Source of the DNA: an uncultured Gemmatimonadaceae bacterium
GTDB lineage: Bacteria; Gemmatimonadota; Gemmatimonadetes; Gemmatimonadales; Gemmatimonadaceae
DNA: 64,000 nt
NCBI GenBank assembly: GCA_963829055.1
Contig: CAWHHI010000020.1
Coordinates: 32,001 to 96,000 of the forward strand
Reading direction: 5' to 3'
In this document: positions 28,472 through 37,019 of the stretch, one piece after another
How positions within the stretch are numbered: the first letter of the stretch is position 1
Layout of the letters: every line of letters starts with the position of its first letter
Notes under the pieces: generated by a model
What the model saw: the letters and a program-made list of their open reading frames with translations, nothing else
What the model was told of the DNA's origin: nothing
Database searches by the model: none
Translations under genes and position numbers: made by a program

Positions 28472-29338
28472 TCACGCGAGCTTGTCCGGATTCACCACGA
28501 TGAACACCTGCGCCACGCGCCCGGCGGCGGCATTGATAGTGATAACGCCGCGCAGTCGTCCACCGGTGTGGTGCGACAGCCCGAGCCCTCCGTTGACCGG
28601 ATCGACGCGCACCTCGCCCGCCGAGCGCCACTTGCGCACCACTGCGGCCAGGAAGCGCGCGACGTGCTCCGCACCGAGCACCGGCCGACGTGCCGCCGCG
28701 AACTTTCCGCCGCCGTCCGCCCATGCGACGGCGTCGTTGGCCAGCAGCGCGAGGAGACCGTCCATGTCGCCCGTAGTGCAGGCATCCAGAAAGCGGCGCG
28801 CGAGGTCCTGCGCGGCGTCGGCGTCCCGGTTGAACCGCGGACGCCCGCTGGCAATCCCCTGCTTCGCTCGCTGCACGAGCTGCCGGCAGTTGGCTTCGCT
28901 CGTGTCGAGCATGCCAGCGATGTCGGAATACTCGTAGCCGAACACCTCACGCAGCAGGTACGCGGCACGCTGGGTCGGCGTTAGGCGTTCGAGCAGCACC
29001 AGGAACGCCGTGGAAAGGGACTCCGCCAGCTCGGCCGACGCGATCGGGTCGCGCTGGTCCACACCCATGAGCGGCTCCGGCAGCCACGGGCCGACGTACA
29101 CCTCGCGGCGCACCCGGGCGGACCGGAGATGATCCACCGCCAGACGAGTCACCGTCGCGGCAAGGAAGTCCTTTGGCGAGCGCACTTCGGCCTGGTCTGC
29201 CCTGAGCCAGCGAAGATACGCTTCCTGAACGATGTCTTCCGCGTCCGCCGCACTGCCGAGCATCCGGTACGCGATGGAAAACAGGAGCGGGCGATGCTCG
29301 CGAAACACTTCGAGACGAGGATCGGTAGCGAAATCCAT
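28472..29338 (-). CDS. sigJ: ECF RNA polymerase sigma factor, SigJ/ECF41 type with SnoaL-like C-terminal extension
   Basis: IAYRMLGSAADAEDIVQE, YVGPWLPEP, ADGGGK, NPDKL. Confidence 0.92.
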   Translation of the reverse strand: MDFATDPRLEVFREHRPLLFSIAYRMLGSAADAEDIVQEAYLRWLRADQAEVRSPKDFLAATVTRLAVDHLRSARVRREVYVGPWLPEPLMGVDQRDPIASAELAESLSTAFLVLLERLTPTQRAAYLLREVFGYEYSDIAGMLDTSEANCRQLVQRAKQGIASGRPRFNRDADAAQDLARRFLDACTTGDMDGLLALLANDAVAWADGGGKFAAARRPVLGAEHVARFLAAVVRKWRSAGEVRVDPVNGGLGLSHHTGGRLRGVITINAAAGRVAQVFIVVNPDKLA

Positions 29339-29355
29339 CGTCGCACGTCGTGGCG

Positions 29356-30579
29356 TTAGGCGGCGGACCGTACGATACGGTCTGGCGCGATGGTGCGAGC
29401 CGCAGGCCAGCCAAACGGCGGCGGGTAGATCATCCAGGTGTTGATCGTCTGCTTCATGACCTTCCCCCAGAATCCCGTGAGGTGCACTTGTCGATCCCAC
29501 CCCTGGGTAAACAGCCCTCCCCAGTCGCCGAGGTCGAGGCAGGTGACGTAGTCCGGTTGCAGAAACCTGCTGGGTTCACGACCCGACAGCTCGGCCACGG
29601 CGTTACGGCCCGCACGCTCACCCATGGGGATGGCGTATTGACACGACATGGGTGCGACGTGCTCACCGTCCGCCAGCGCGTGGGCAACGTCGCCGGCGGC
29701 AAAGACGCCATCGACGCCACGCACGCGAAGGCATTCATCCACCATGGTGCGACCAAGGCCATCACGCTCCGCCGGAAGTTGCAGAGTGAGATCACTGGCG
29801 CACAAGCCGGCAGTCCACACCGCCGTCGCGGCGGCGATGCGCTCGCCACTCGTGAGGGTAACGTGGCCGCCATCGATCTCCGCGACGCTGGTGCCGACGC
29901 GGACAGCAACCCCGAGCTCGCGGAGCGCCGTCTCCACGATTGGCCGGGGATTCGACCCCAGGCCCGGTGCCACCGCCGACGCACGCTCGACCAGCACCAC
30001 CGCCGGCCGCTCGCCCGCACCGGCACGCGTCGCGAGGGAGCGCAGGCGGCTGACCATGGTGGTCGCGACTTCCAGCCCGGCGAATCCCGCCCCAACGACC
30101 ACGGCGGTGAAACGCCCGGCACGCGTGCGGTCCGACGGCCTCCTACCGAGCCCAGCGAGATGGCGGTCGAGGGACACGGCCTCGTCGTATGTGTCGACGC
30201 TGAACGCGTGCTCGCTGGCGCCCGGGATGTCGGGCCGGCGCAGACGACTGCCGGCGGCGAGGATCAGGCGGTCGTAGGACAGTATCGTGCGGCCGCGGAT
30301 CGCGTCTACCGCGACCGTTCGCGCGGCAGCGTCGATGCGCGTCACATTGCCGAGCATGAGCTCCACGCCGAGGGAGTCGAGAAGGTCGCCGAGAGGGACG
30401 CGCATCCCCTCGGGATCGGCCTCATAGAGTCGCGGGCGGATCGTGAGGTACGGCTCGCGGGTGACCAGGGTGATCCGCAGGTCCGCGGCCGCGCGGCGGA
30501 GCTCGGCGCGCGCCGCGGCCGCACCTAACGCGCTCCACACGCCGGCGAAGCCTCCGCCAATGATCAGTAGCTGCTGCAT
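29356..30579 (-). CDS. NAD(P)/FAD-dependent oxidoreductase (NDH-2-like)
   Basis: IIGGGFAG, VVGAGFAGLE, FAAGDVA, YVTCLDLG. Confidence 0.9.
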   Translation of the reverse strand: MQQLLIIGGGFAGVWSALGAAAARAELRRAAADLRITLVTREPYLTIRPRLYEADPEGMRVPLGDLLDSLGVELMLGNVTRIDAAARTVAVDAIRGRTILSYDRLILAAGSRLRRPDIPGASEHAFSVDTYDEAVSLDRHLAGLGRRPSDRTRAGRFTAVVVGAGFAGLEVATTMVSRLRSLATRAGAGERPAVVLVERASAVAPGLGSNPRPIVETALRELGVAVRVGTSVAEIDGGHVTLTSGERIAAATAVWTAGLCASDLTLQLPAERDGLGRTMVDECLRVRGVDGVFAAGDVAHALADGEHVAPMSCQYAIPMGERAGRNAVAELSGREPSRFLQPDYVTCLDLGDWGGLFTQGWDRQVHLTGFWGKVMKQTINTWMIYPPPFGWPAARTIAPDRIVRSAA

Positions 30580-30719
30580 TGAACGAAACCGGTTGGAGTA
30601 CACGAACGAGAGGGGAACCTCACATGGGACGAGATTGGCCTCCGTTCTGTGACACTCCGTCGACACTCGCGCCGCTTCTCAGGTCGCGCGCGTCACGTCA
30701 AAGTACCAGCGCCCTACGG

Positions 30720-30899
30720 TCACTCCTCGCGCGACGTCGACGTACCACCGAAGCCCGGCTTCTTCGGACTCCCCTTCCTCGGTGCGACACCAGGAGGACG
30801 CTCGGCGCCTTTCGCCTTCGGGTGACTCCGTGGATTGTCGCGCCCCGCCGGATCGGAGCCGGAGCTCCGGCGCTTCCGCCCTGCCTTGCCTCCCTTCAT
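30720..30899 (-). CDS. Small basic Lys/Arg/Gly/Pro-rich hypothetical protein (59 aa, below ORF-track cut-off)
   Basis: GGAGGT RBS 5 nt before the ATG. MKGGKAGRKRRSSGSDPAGRDNPRSHPKAKGAERPPGVAPRKGSPKKPGFGGTSTSREE. Confidence 0.5.
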   Translation of the reverse strand: MKGGKAGRKRRSSGSDPAGRDNPRSHPKAKGAERPPGVAPRKGSPKKPGFGGTSTSREE

Positions 30900-30922
30900 T
30901 GCCTACCTCCGGGTGAGTGGTC

Positions 30923-31080
30923 GTCATTCCGAGCGGTCGTCATTCCGAGCGGAGCGCCGAAGGCGCGCAGTCGAGGAATCGTTGCTTTCAGGGTAGAGCG
31001 GCTTGCCCCTCTACCGGGAGGTCAAGGATTCCTCGACTCGCTGTCGCTCGCTCGGAATGACGACCGCTGCGCGGAATGAC
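30923..31080. repeat. REP-like element, family 2B, with nested extra ends
   Basis: Two GTCATTCCGAGCG starts, then GTCGAGGAATC...GATTCCTCGAC, then two GGAATGAC ends. Confidence 0.85.
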
Positions 31081-31189
31081 AACAACGAATCTTACGTCCC
31101 CGGGCCCGGTTGAAACAGCCGGCCATGCCTAACGTACGGCGGGGTTCGAATCGCCTATCGGAATGAGCGCAGAGGCCCGACCTTACGTC

Positions 31190-32414
31190 ATGGAACCCAC
31201 CCGCGAGACCGGAACGAGCGAGCCACGAGCCTGGACGGGGGCCGAGCGCTTCGCGTTTCGCGCCGCAATCGCGTACTTCGGATGTGTTCTTCCTCGGCTC
31301 GCTCCTCGACTCGGCCCCAGGCCCGCGTAGGCTGCTCGCCGCGGCGAGTAGTCCCGTCGGCTGGTTCGGACACACGGTGATGCGGCTCGGTGGCTCACCT
31401 AACGATGGTGGCGCGCAGTGGGCGATCGCGCAGCAGATCGTGGCCGTGCTCGTGGCGCTCGCGATCGCGGCCGTCTGGTCACTCGCCAGTCGACGCCGTG
31501 AATACCGTCGCCCGTACGGCTGGTTCCGGATCGCGCTCCGCTATTACGTCGCCATCATCATGCTCGTCTACGGTGGCTTCAAGGTCATCGAGTCGCAGTT
31601 TCCCCCGCTGACGATCGACCAGCTCGTGCAACCGCTCGGCAACCTGGCGCCCATGGGACTGCTCTGGAGCTTCATGGGCTACTCCGCGGTCTACGCGTCG
31701 TTCACGGGGCTCGGCGAGACGATCGGCGCGTTGCTGCTCTTCTTCCGCCGTACGACAACGGCCGGTGCACTCATCCTCGTCGCGGTGCTGAGCAACGTCG
31801 CGCTGCTCAACTACACGTTCGACGTGCCGGTGAAGCAGCTCTCGTCGAACCTGCTGCTCGCGGCCATGGTGCTCGCCTTGCCGGACCTGCGACGCCTGCT
31901 CGACGTATTCGTGCTGAATCGCCCGACGGAGCCCGTGGATCTCACGTTCGACATACCACGCTGGCTATGCCGCGTGCGGCGGTTCTTGAAGCCCGTCGTC
32001 ATTGTCGTGGCGACGTCGGGCCCGCTCGTGTTCTCGTTCTTCGTGCATCGCCGCATGCACGAGCGTCCAGCGCTGTTCGGCTTCTACGAGGTCGACCAGT
32101 TCGTGCGCGACGGAACACCGGTCGCACCAATCCTCGCGGAGCCCGAGAGGTGGCGCAGCGTGGTGTTCGGGAGACCGGGCGCGGTGTCCATCAGATTCAT
32201 GAGCGACAGAATCCGTGTGCTCGATGCGACGGTCGACACGGTCGCGCATCGCCTCACGCTTTCACCGCGCGACAACTCGCGCATCTCGGGCGTGCTCGCG
32301 TACGAGCAACTGCCCGACAGCGGTCTACGAATTCGAGGGAAGCTGGTCGTGGGCAGCGTCGATGTGACACTCCGACGTTTGGATGAGCGATTGATGTTCC
32401 GGCTGCTGCGTTGA
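31190..32414 (+). CDS. DoxX-like integral membrane protein (probable frameshift near 31283)
   Basis: RYYVAIIMLVYGGFKVIESQF, PMGLLWSFMGYS, NYTFDVPVK. Confidence 0.75.
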
Positions 32415-32463
32415 CCTAACGATGACTCGTCGATGATCGAGCTGCCATTCCGAGCGACAGCAT

Positions 32464-32670
32464 TGTCATCCCGAGGAGCGCCAGAGCCTGCCCTGAGGAG
32501 CGCAGCGACGAAGGGAGGGACCTTCCGTGATGCCATCGTGGCTTCTCTGGCCACGAGTACTCCACACGAGGTCCCTCGCTGCCGCTCGGGATGACAACGC
32601 CTTTCCCGCCGTCCGCCCTCCGCCCTCCGCCCTCCGCCCTCCGCCCTCCGAAGGCCTCCTTCCTATGGCC
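32464..32670. repeat. Family 2A composite REP element plus (CCGCCCT)n microsatellite
   Basis: TGTCATCCCGAGGAGCGCC...GCTCGGGATGACA, about five CCGCCCT units, then AAGGCCTCCTTCCTATGGCC. Confidence 0.8.
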
Positions 32671-33199
32671 CCACTCGGGTCAACAGAAGAAGTCCTACGA
32701 GTCCCGGACCATGCACGAGCAACGCCGCCGGCCACAACGCGCGCCACGCAGTCCGCGGCAGCCAACGCTCCCGCGCGGCACGCTGAAATAGATACACCGA
32801 GACCGGCGCGTTGATGAGAACGGCCGACGCGAGTCCGGGGCTGTAGCCACGCATGACGACCGCGGCGACCACCAGGTGCGACGCAACGTTGACGGCAACG
32901 ACGGCCTGCACGAGGAGCGCGCACCAGCGCGCACCTAACGACGCTGGCCGCAACGTCACCCACAGCAGCACCATGAATGGGACCGCCGTCGCCCACAAGA
33001 GTGCAACACGAAGACCGTCCGGCTCCACCTCAGCCATGAACGGCTGGATGGACGCGGGAAGCGCCGCTCGCACGACGGGCAGGTACGCGGGGAACGTGAT
33101 CGCCTCCTCCGCGTTGTGCACCGCGAGCGCGATCGGGATCATCCACAGCGCCTGAAGCCGGCTCAATGACACGTGGGCATGAACGAGGGGCTCTGTCAT
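32663..33199 (-). CDS. HXXEE domain membrane protein
   Basis: AVHNAEEA, NVASH, YSPGLASA. Confidence 0.8.
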   Translation of the reverse strand: MTEPLVHAHVSLSRLQALWMIPIALAVHNAEEAITFPAYLPVVRAALPASIQPFMAEVEPDGLRVALLWATAVPFMVLLWVTLRPASLGARWCALLVQAVVAVNVASHLVVAAVVMRGYSPGLASAVLINAPVSVYLFQRAARERWLPRTAWRALWPAALLVHGPGLVGLLLLTRVGP

Positions 33200-33323
33200 C
33201 CGGAACGACGATGTTCCTTTCGCGACGCCAGCGGTAGCGGCCGCAACTCCGCAGGCGCTGGCAGCGGTCGCGCCCTTCATTTATTCTGAACCGAGCGACA
33301 CGCGCGGTCAGGCGAAGAGGCCG

Positions 33324-34425
33324 ATGCAACAGCAAATCCGATTCTGTAAGACCGCCGACGGGGTTCGGATCGCCTACGCCACGGTCGGCGCGCGGCCAGC
33401 CGCTCGTGAAGGCCGCGAACTGGCTCAGTCACATCGAGTACGACTGGCGTACTCCTGTCTGGCGCCCGCTATTCGAGCGACTCGCTCGCAATCGACGCCT
33501 CGTACGCTACGACGCGCGCGGCTGTGGGTTATCCGATTGGGACGTCGACGAATTCTCGCTCGAAGTGTGGGTGCGAGACCTCGAAGCCGTCGTCGACGCG
33601 GCCGGTCTCAAGCGCTTCTCGCTGCTCGGCATTCCGCAGGGCGGTCCGATCGCCATCACGTACGCCGTTCGTCATCCCGAGCGCGTGAGCCGGCTCGTGC
33701 TGCTCGGCGCGTACGCGCGCGGCTACATGAAGCGGGACCCGACACCGGCGCAGATCGAAGAATGGCGAATTCTGACCGACCTCATGCGGATTGGGTGGGG
33801 TCGCGAGACCGCGGCATTCCGGCAGGTATTCACGTCGATGTTCGTCCCTGACGGGTCGCCTGAACAACTCCGCTGGTTCGACGACCTGCAGCGCCAGTCG
33901 ACGTCGCCGGAAAACGCGGCGCGCATCATGACGACGTTCGGCACGCTCGATGTCCGCGACGTGACCCCGACGGTGAGCGTCCCCACGCTGGTGCTGCACG
34001 CGCGAGGCGACATGCGCGTGCCGTTCGAGGAAGGGCGACAGCTCGGCGCGCTCATCCCCGACGCGCGGTTCGTGCCGCTCGATACCAGGAACCATCTCCT
34101 CCTGGAGGGGGAGCCCGCGTTCGGCCAGTTCATGGCCGAGGTCGATGCATTTCTGGATGCCGACGCGGACGGCAACACATCCCCGGTGCGCACCCCGTTC
34201 CCTGAGCTCACCGACCGCGAGGCAGAAGTGTTGAACCTCATCGCGCGCGGGCTCGGCAACGGCACCATCGCCGAGCGGTTGCGCATCAGCGACAAGACCG
34301 TGCGCAATCACGTCACGAACATCTTCTGGAAGCTCGGTGCGACCACGCGCGCCGAGGCGATCGTCCGCGCGCGAGACGCAGGACTCGGCGTCGAGCCGGA
34401 CCATCCGGCACGGGCGCGAGAGTAG
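33324..34425 (+). CDS. Alpha/beta hydrolase fused to LuxR HTH (frameshift near 33395)
   Basis: QQIRFCKTADGVRIAYATVG, KAANWLSH, YDARGCGLSD, ELTDREAEVL...KTVRNHVTNI. Confidence 0.88.
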
Positions 34426-34469
34426 TCGCGCCGTCCAACCGGGACTGAACGACCGGCCCGAGAGGCCAG

Positions 34470-34662
34470 GCATTGGCGGCGACACGGCCAGTACCAAGTG
34501 CGTCAGCGCTCAGTAGGAGGTCTCAGGCATCAGGCCCCGTATCCGCCGGCTTGGGCTCGCCGTTACCCGCAGTCGCCGTTAGCCGCCGTACCCTGATGCC
34601 TGACACCTCGTACTGACGCGACTCAGTGCTGAGTCACTGGCCAGGCCGCCGCGACGATGCCG
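34470..34662. repeat. Family 3 element ends in swapped (right-then-left) order
   Basis: GGCCAGT..GTGCGTCAGC..TCAGGCATCAGG (34486-34534) and CCTGATGCCTGA..ACTGGCC (34592-34642) match the ends of 9926-10070. Confidence 0.7.
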
Positions 34663-34883
34663 GAGACTCTCAGACGGTGTCGAATCGGCGTCACAACCCG
34701 ACTTCCGGGACAGCAGCCCCACGAATCGAGGCCCGTTCGCCGCCTGGCTCGAATGTCCCGGGACTTCCGCCTCATGTGGGTATGAGCGCGTCCACATACG
34801 TTGCCCTCGTCGGAAGCATTCCGACCTCATGACACACTGACCGCCTAACCAGCGGCCATCCACATATAGCGGAGGATCTCACT

Positions 34884-36305
34884 ATGGGACGCTGGCGCCC
34901 CGACCCCACATTCTACGCGTCGCCCACACTGGCGGCGGAAGCTCCGGCCGAGTCGCTCGCCTACGTGGCGATGATCGCGCCGGAAGGCAACGGCAAGCGC
35001 GACGCGATCGGCGTCGTCGATACCGATCCGAGCTCGCCCACGTTCGGGAAGCTCGTCGGCCAGACCAACCTGCCGACAGCCGGCAACGAGCTACACCACT
35101 TCGGGTGGAACGCGTGCAGCTCGCACCTCTGTCCGTACGCGCCTCACGCGCACGTCGAGCGCCGCTTTCTCGTGGTGCCCGGCACCGGCTCGTCGCGCAT
35201 TCACATCCTCGACACGAAGGCCGACCCGCGGAACCCGGAGCTCGTGAAGCTCATCGAGGCGAGCGAAGTCGCCGCGAAGACCGGCTACGCCGCGCCGCAC
35301 ACCGTGCACTGCGGGACCGACGGCATCTACATCAACGCGTTAGGCGCGGTCGACGGCAATGGCCCCGGCGGCATCTTCATGCTCGACCACGAGACGTTCG
35401 ACGTGATGGGCCCATGGGAGCACGACCGCGGACCGCAGCACCTCGCGTACGACTTCTGGTGGCACCTCGGTCACGACACCATGATCTCGAGCGAGTGGGG
35501 CACGCCAAACATGGTGAAGGACGGCGTGAATCCCGAGCTGCTGCTTGGCGGCAAGTACGGCCACGCGCTGCACGTCTGGGACCTGCGCACGCGCAAGCAT
35601 CTCCAGACCCTCGACCTCGGCGCCGAGCAGCAGATGGTGCTCGAGCTGCGTCCGGCACACAATCCGCAGCGCGCTTACGGCTTCGTCGGCGTCGTGATCT
35701 CGCTCAAGGATCTCTCGTCGTCGATCTGGATGTGGTACCTCGACACGACGAACGCGCACGGCAAGAACAAGGGCGAGTGGAAGGTGAAGAAGGTCATCGA
35801 GATTCCCGCCGAGCCAGCGGACGCCGAGCACCTGCCGCCGCTGCTCAAGGGCTTCGGTGCCGTGCCGCCGCTCGTGACGGATCTCAACCTCTCGCTCGAC
35901 GACCGCTTCCTCTATGTCTCGTGCTGGGGAACGGGTGAGATGCGGCAGTACGACGTGTCGAATCCGCACGAGCCGAAGTTCGTGGGCTCCGTACACATCG
36001 GCGGAATCGTCAGGCGCACCTCGCATCCGAGCGCGCCGGACAAGCCACTCAACGGCGCGCCACAGATGGTCGAGGTGAGCCGCGACGGTAAGCGCGTGTA
36101 CCTGACGAATTCGCTGTACACGCCGTGGGACGCGCAGTTCTACCCTGACGGCATCAACGGCTGGATGACGAAGCTCGACGTCGGACCGGAGGGCGGTATC
36201 ACGTTCGATCCGAACTTCCTGCTCGAGTTCGAGGACGGCTTCCGTCCGCACCAGGTACGACTCCAGGGCGGCGATGCATCGTCCGACTCGTTCTGCTTCG
36301 GGTGA
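34884..36305 (+). CDS. Selenium-binding protein SBP56 / methanethiol oxidase family
   Basis: WRPDPTFY, NELHHFGWNACSS, PHTVHC, YDFWWH, SSEWG, GAPQMVEVSRDGKR, WDAQFYP, GGDASSD. Confidence 0.93.
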   Translation: MGRWRPDPTFYASPTLAAEAPAESLAYVAMIAPEGNGKRDAIGVVDTDPSSPTFGKLVGQTNLPTAGNELHHFGWNACSSHLCPYAPHAHVERRFLVVPGTGSSRIHILDTKADPRNPELVKLIEASEVAAKTGYAAPHTVHCGTDGIYINALGAVDGNGPGGIFMLDHETFDVMGPWEHDRGPQHLAYDFWWHLGHDTMISSEWGTPNMVKDGVNPELLLGGKYGHALHVWDLRTRKHLQTLDLGAEQQMVLELRPAHNPQRAYGFVGVVISLKDLSSSIWMWYLDTTNAHGKNKGEWKVKKVIEIPAEPADAEHLPPLLKGFGAVPPLVTDLNLSLDDRFLYVSCWGTGEMRQYDVSNPHEPKFVGSVHIGGIVRRTSHPSAPDKPLNGAPQMVEVSRDGKRVYLTNSLYTPWDAQFYPDGINGWMTKLDVGPEGGITFDPNFLLEFEDGFRPHQVRLQGGDASSDSFCFG

Positions 36306-36309
36306 CGCG

Positions 36310-37001
36310 ATGCACGTCCACCAGATGGCGCCTAACGTGGCGCACGGTGTGTGGCCCTGGGCAGCGCTGCTGCTGCTCGGGGCTGTGCACGGGATCAATC
36401 CCGGCATGGGGTGGTTGTTCGCGGTGGCGCTCGGGATGCAGCGGCAGGAGCGGGGCGCGGTATGGCGCGCCCTGCTCCCGCTGGCCGGCGGTCACGCGGC
36501 GGCGATCGCGGTGGCGGCGATCATCGTCGGCCTGGCCGGCATGGCGCTGTCGCTCGACACCATGAAGTGGATCGTCGCGGCGGTTCTGCTCGCGGTCGGC
36601 GTGTCGAAGCTCGTTCGGACGAAACACCCACGCTGGGGCGGGATGGCGGTCGGAAGCTGGCAGCTTGGCGTGTGGTCGTTCTCATGGCGTCGGCGCACGG
36701 GGCAGGATTGATGGCGGTGCCGTTCCTGCTGCGGATCGCTCGACCCGGCTCCACTCCGGTCGAGGGTATGGCCATGCATCATGCGGCGTTAGGCATGAGC
36801 GACCTGCCGCAGGTACCGGTCGCGGGCGTCGGCGTCGCAGTCGTCCACACGGTGGGGTACCTGCTCGTGACCGGCATCATCGCGGTCATCGTCTACGAGC
36901 GGCTGGGCCTCCGCCTGCTCGGCCGCGCGTGGTTCAACGTGGATCGCTTGTGGGCGGGCGCACTCATCGCCACGGCGTCGGTCACACCGTTTCTCGGATG
37001 A
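36310..37001 (+). CDS. Conserved membrane protein associated with SBP56 (frameshift near 36682)
   Basis: LGAVHGINPGMGWLFAVALG, GHAAAI, MASAHGAGLM, WFNVDRLW. Confidence 0.75.
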
Positions 37002-37019
37002 GTGTGCGGGGCCTCGAGA

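Noticed and set aside
34884..36305. Functional link between the 'selenium-binding protein' and the Sec-MerB candidate
   Set aside because: They are about 9 kb apart in separate operons. SBP56 is not part of Sec biosynthesis and has no UGA here.
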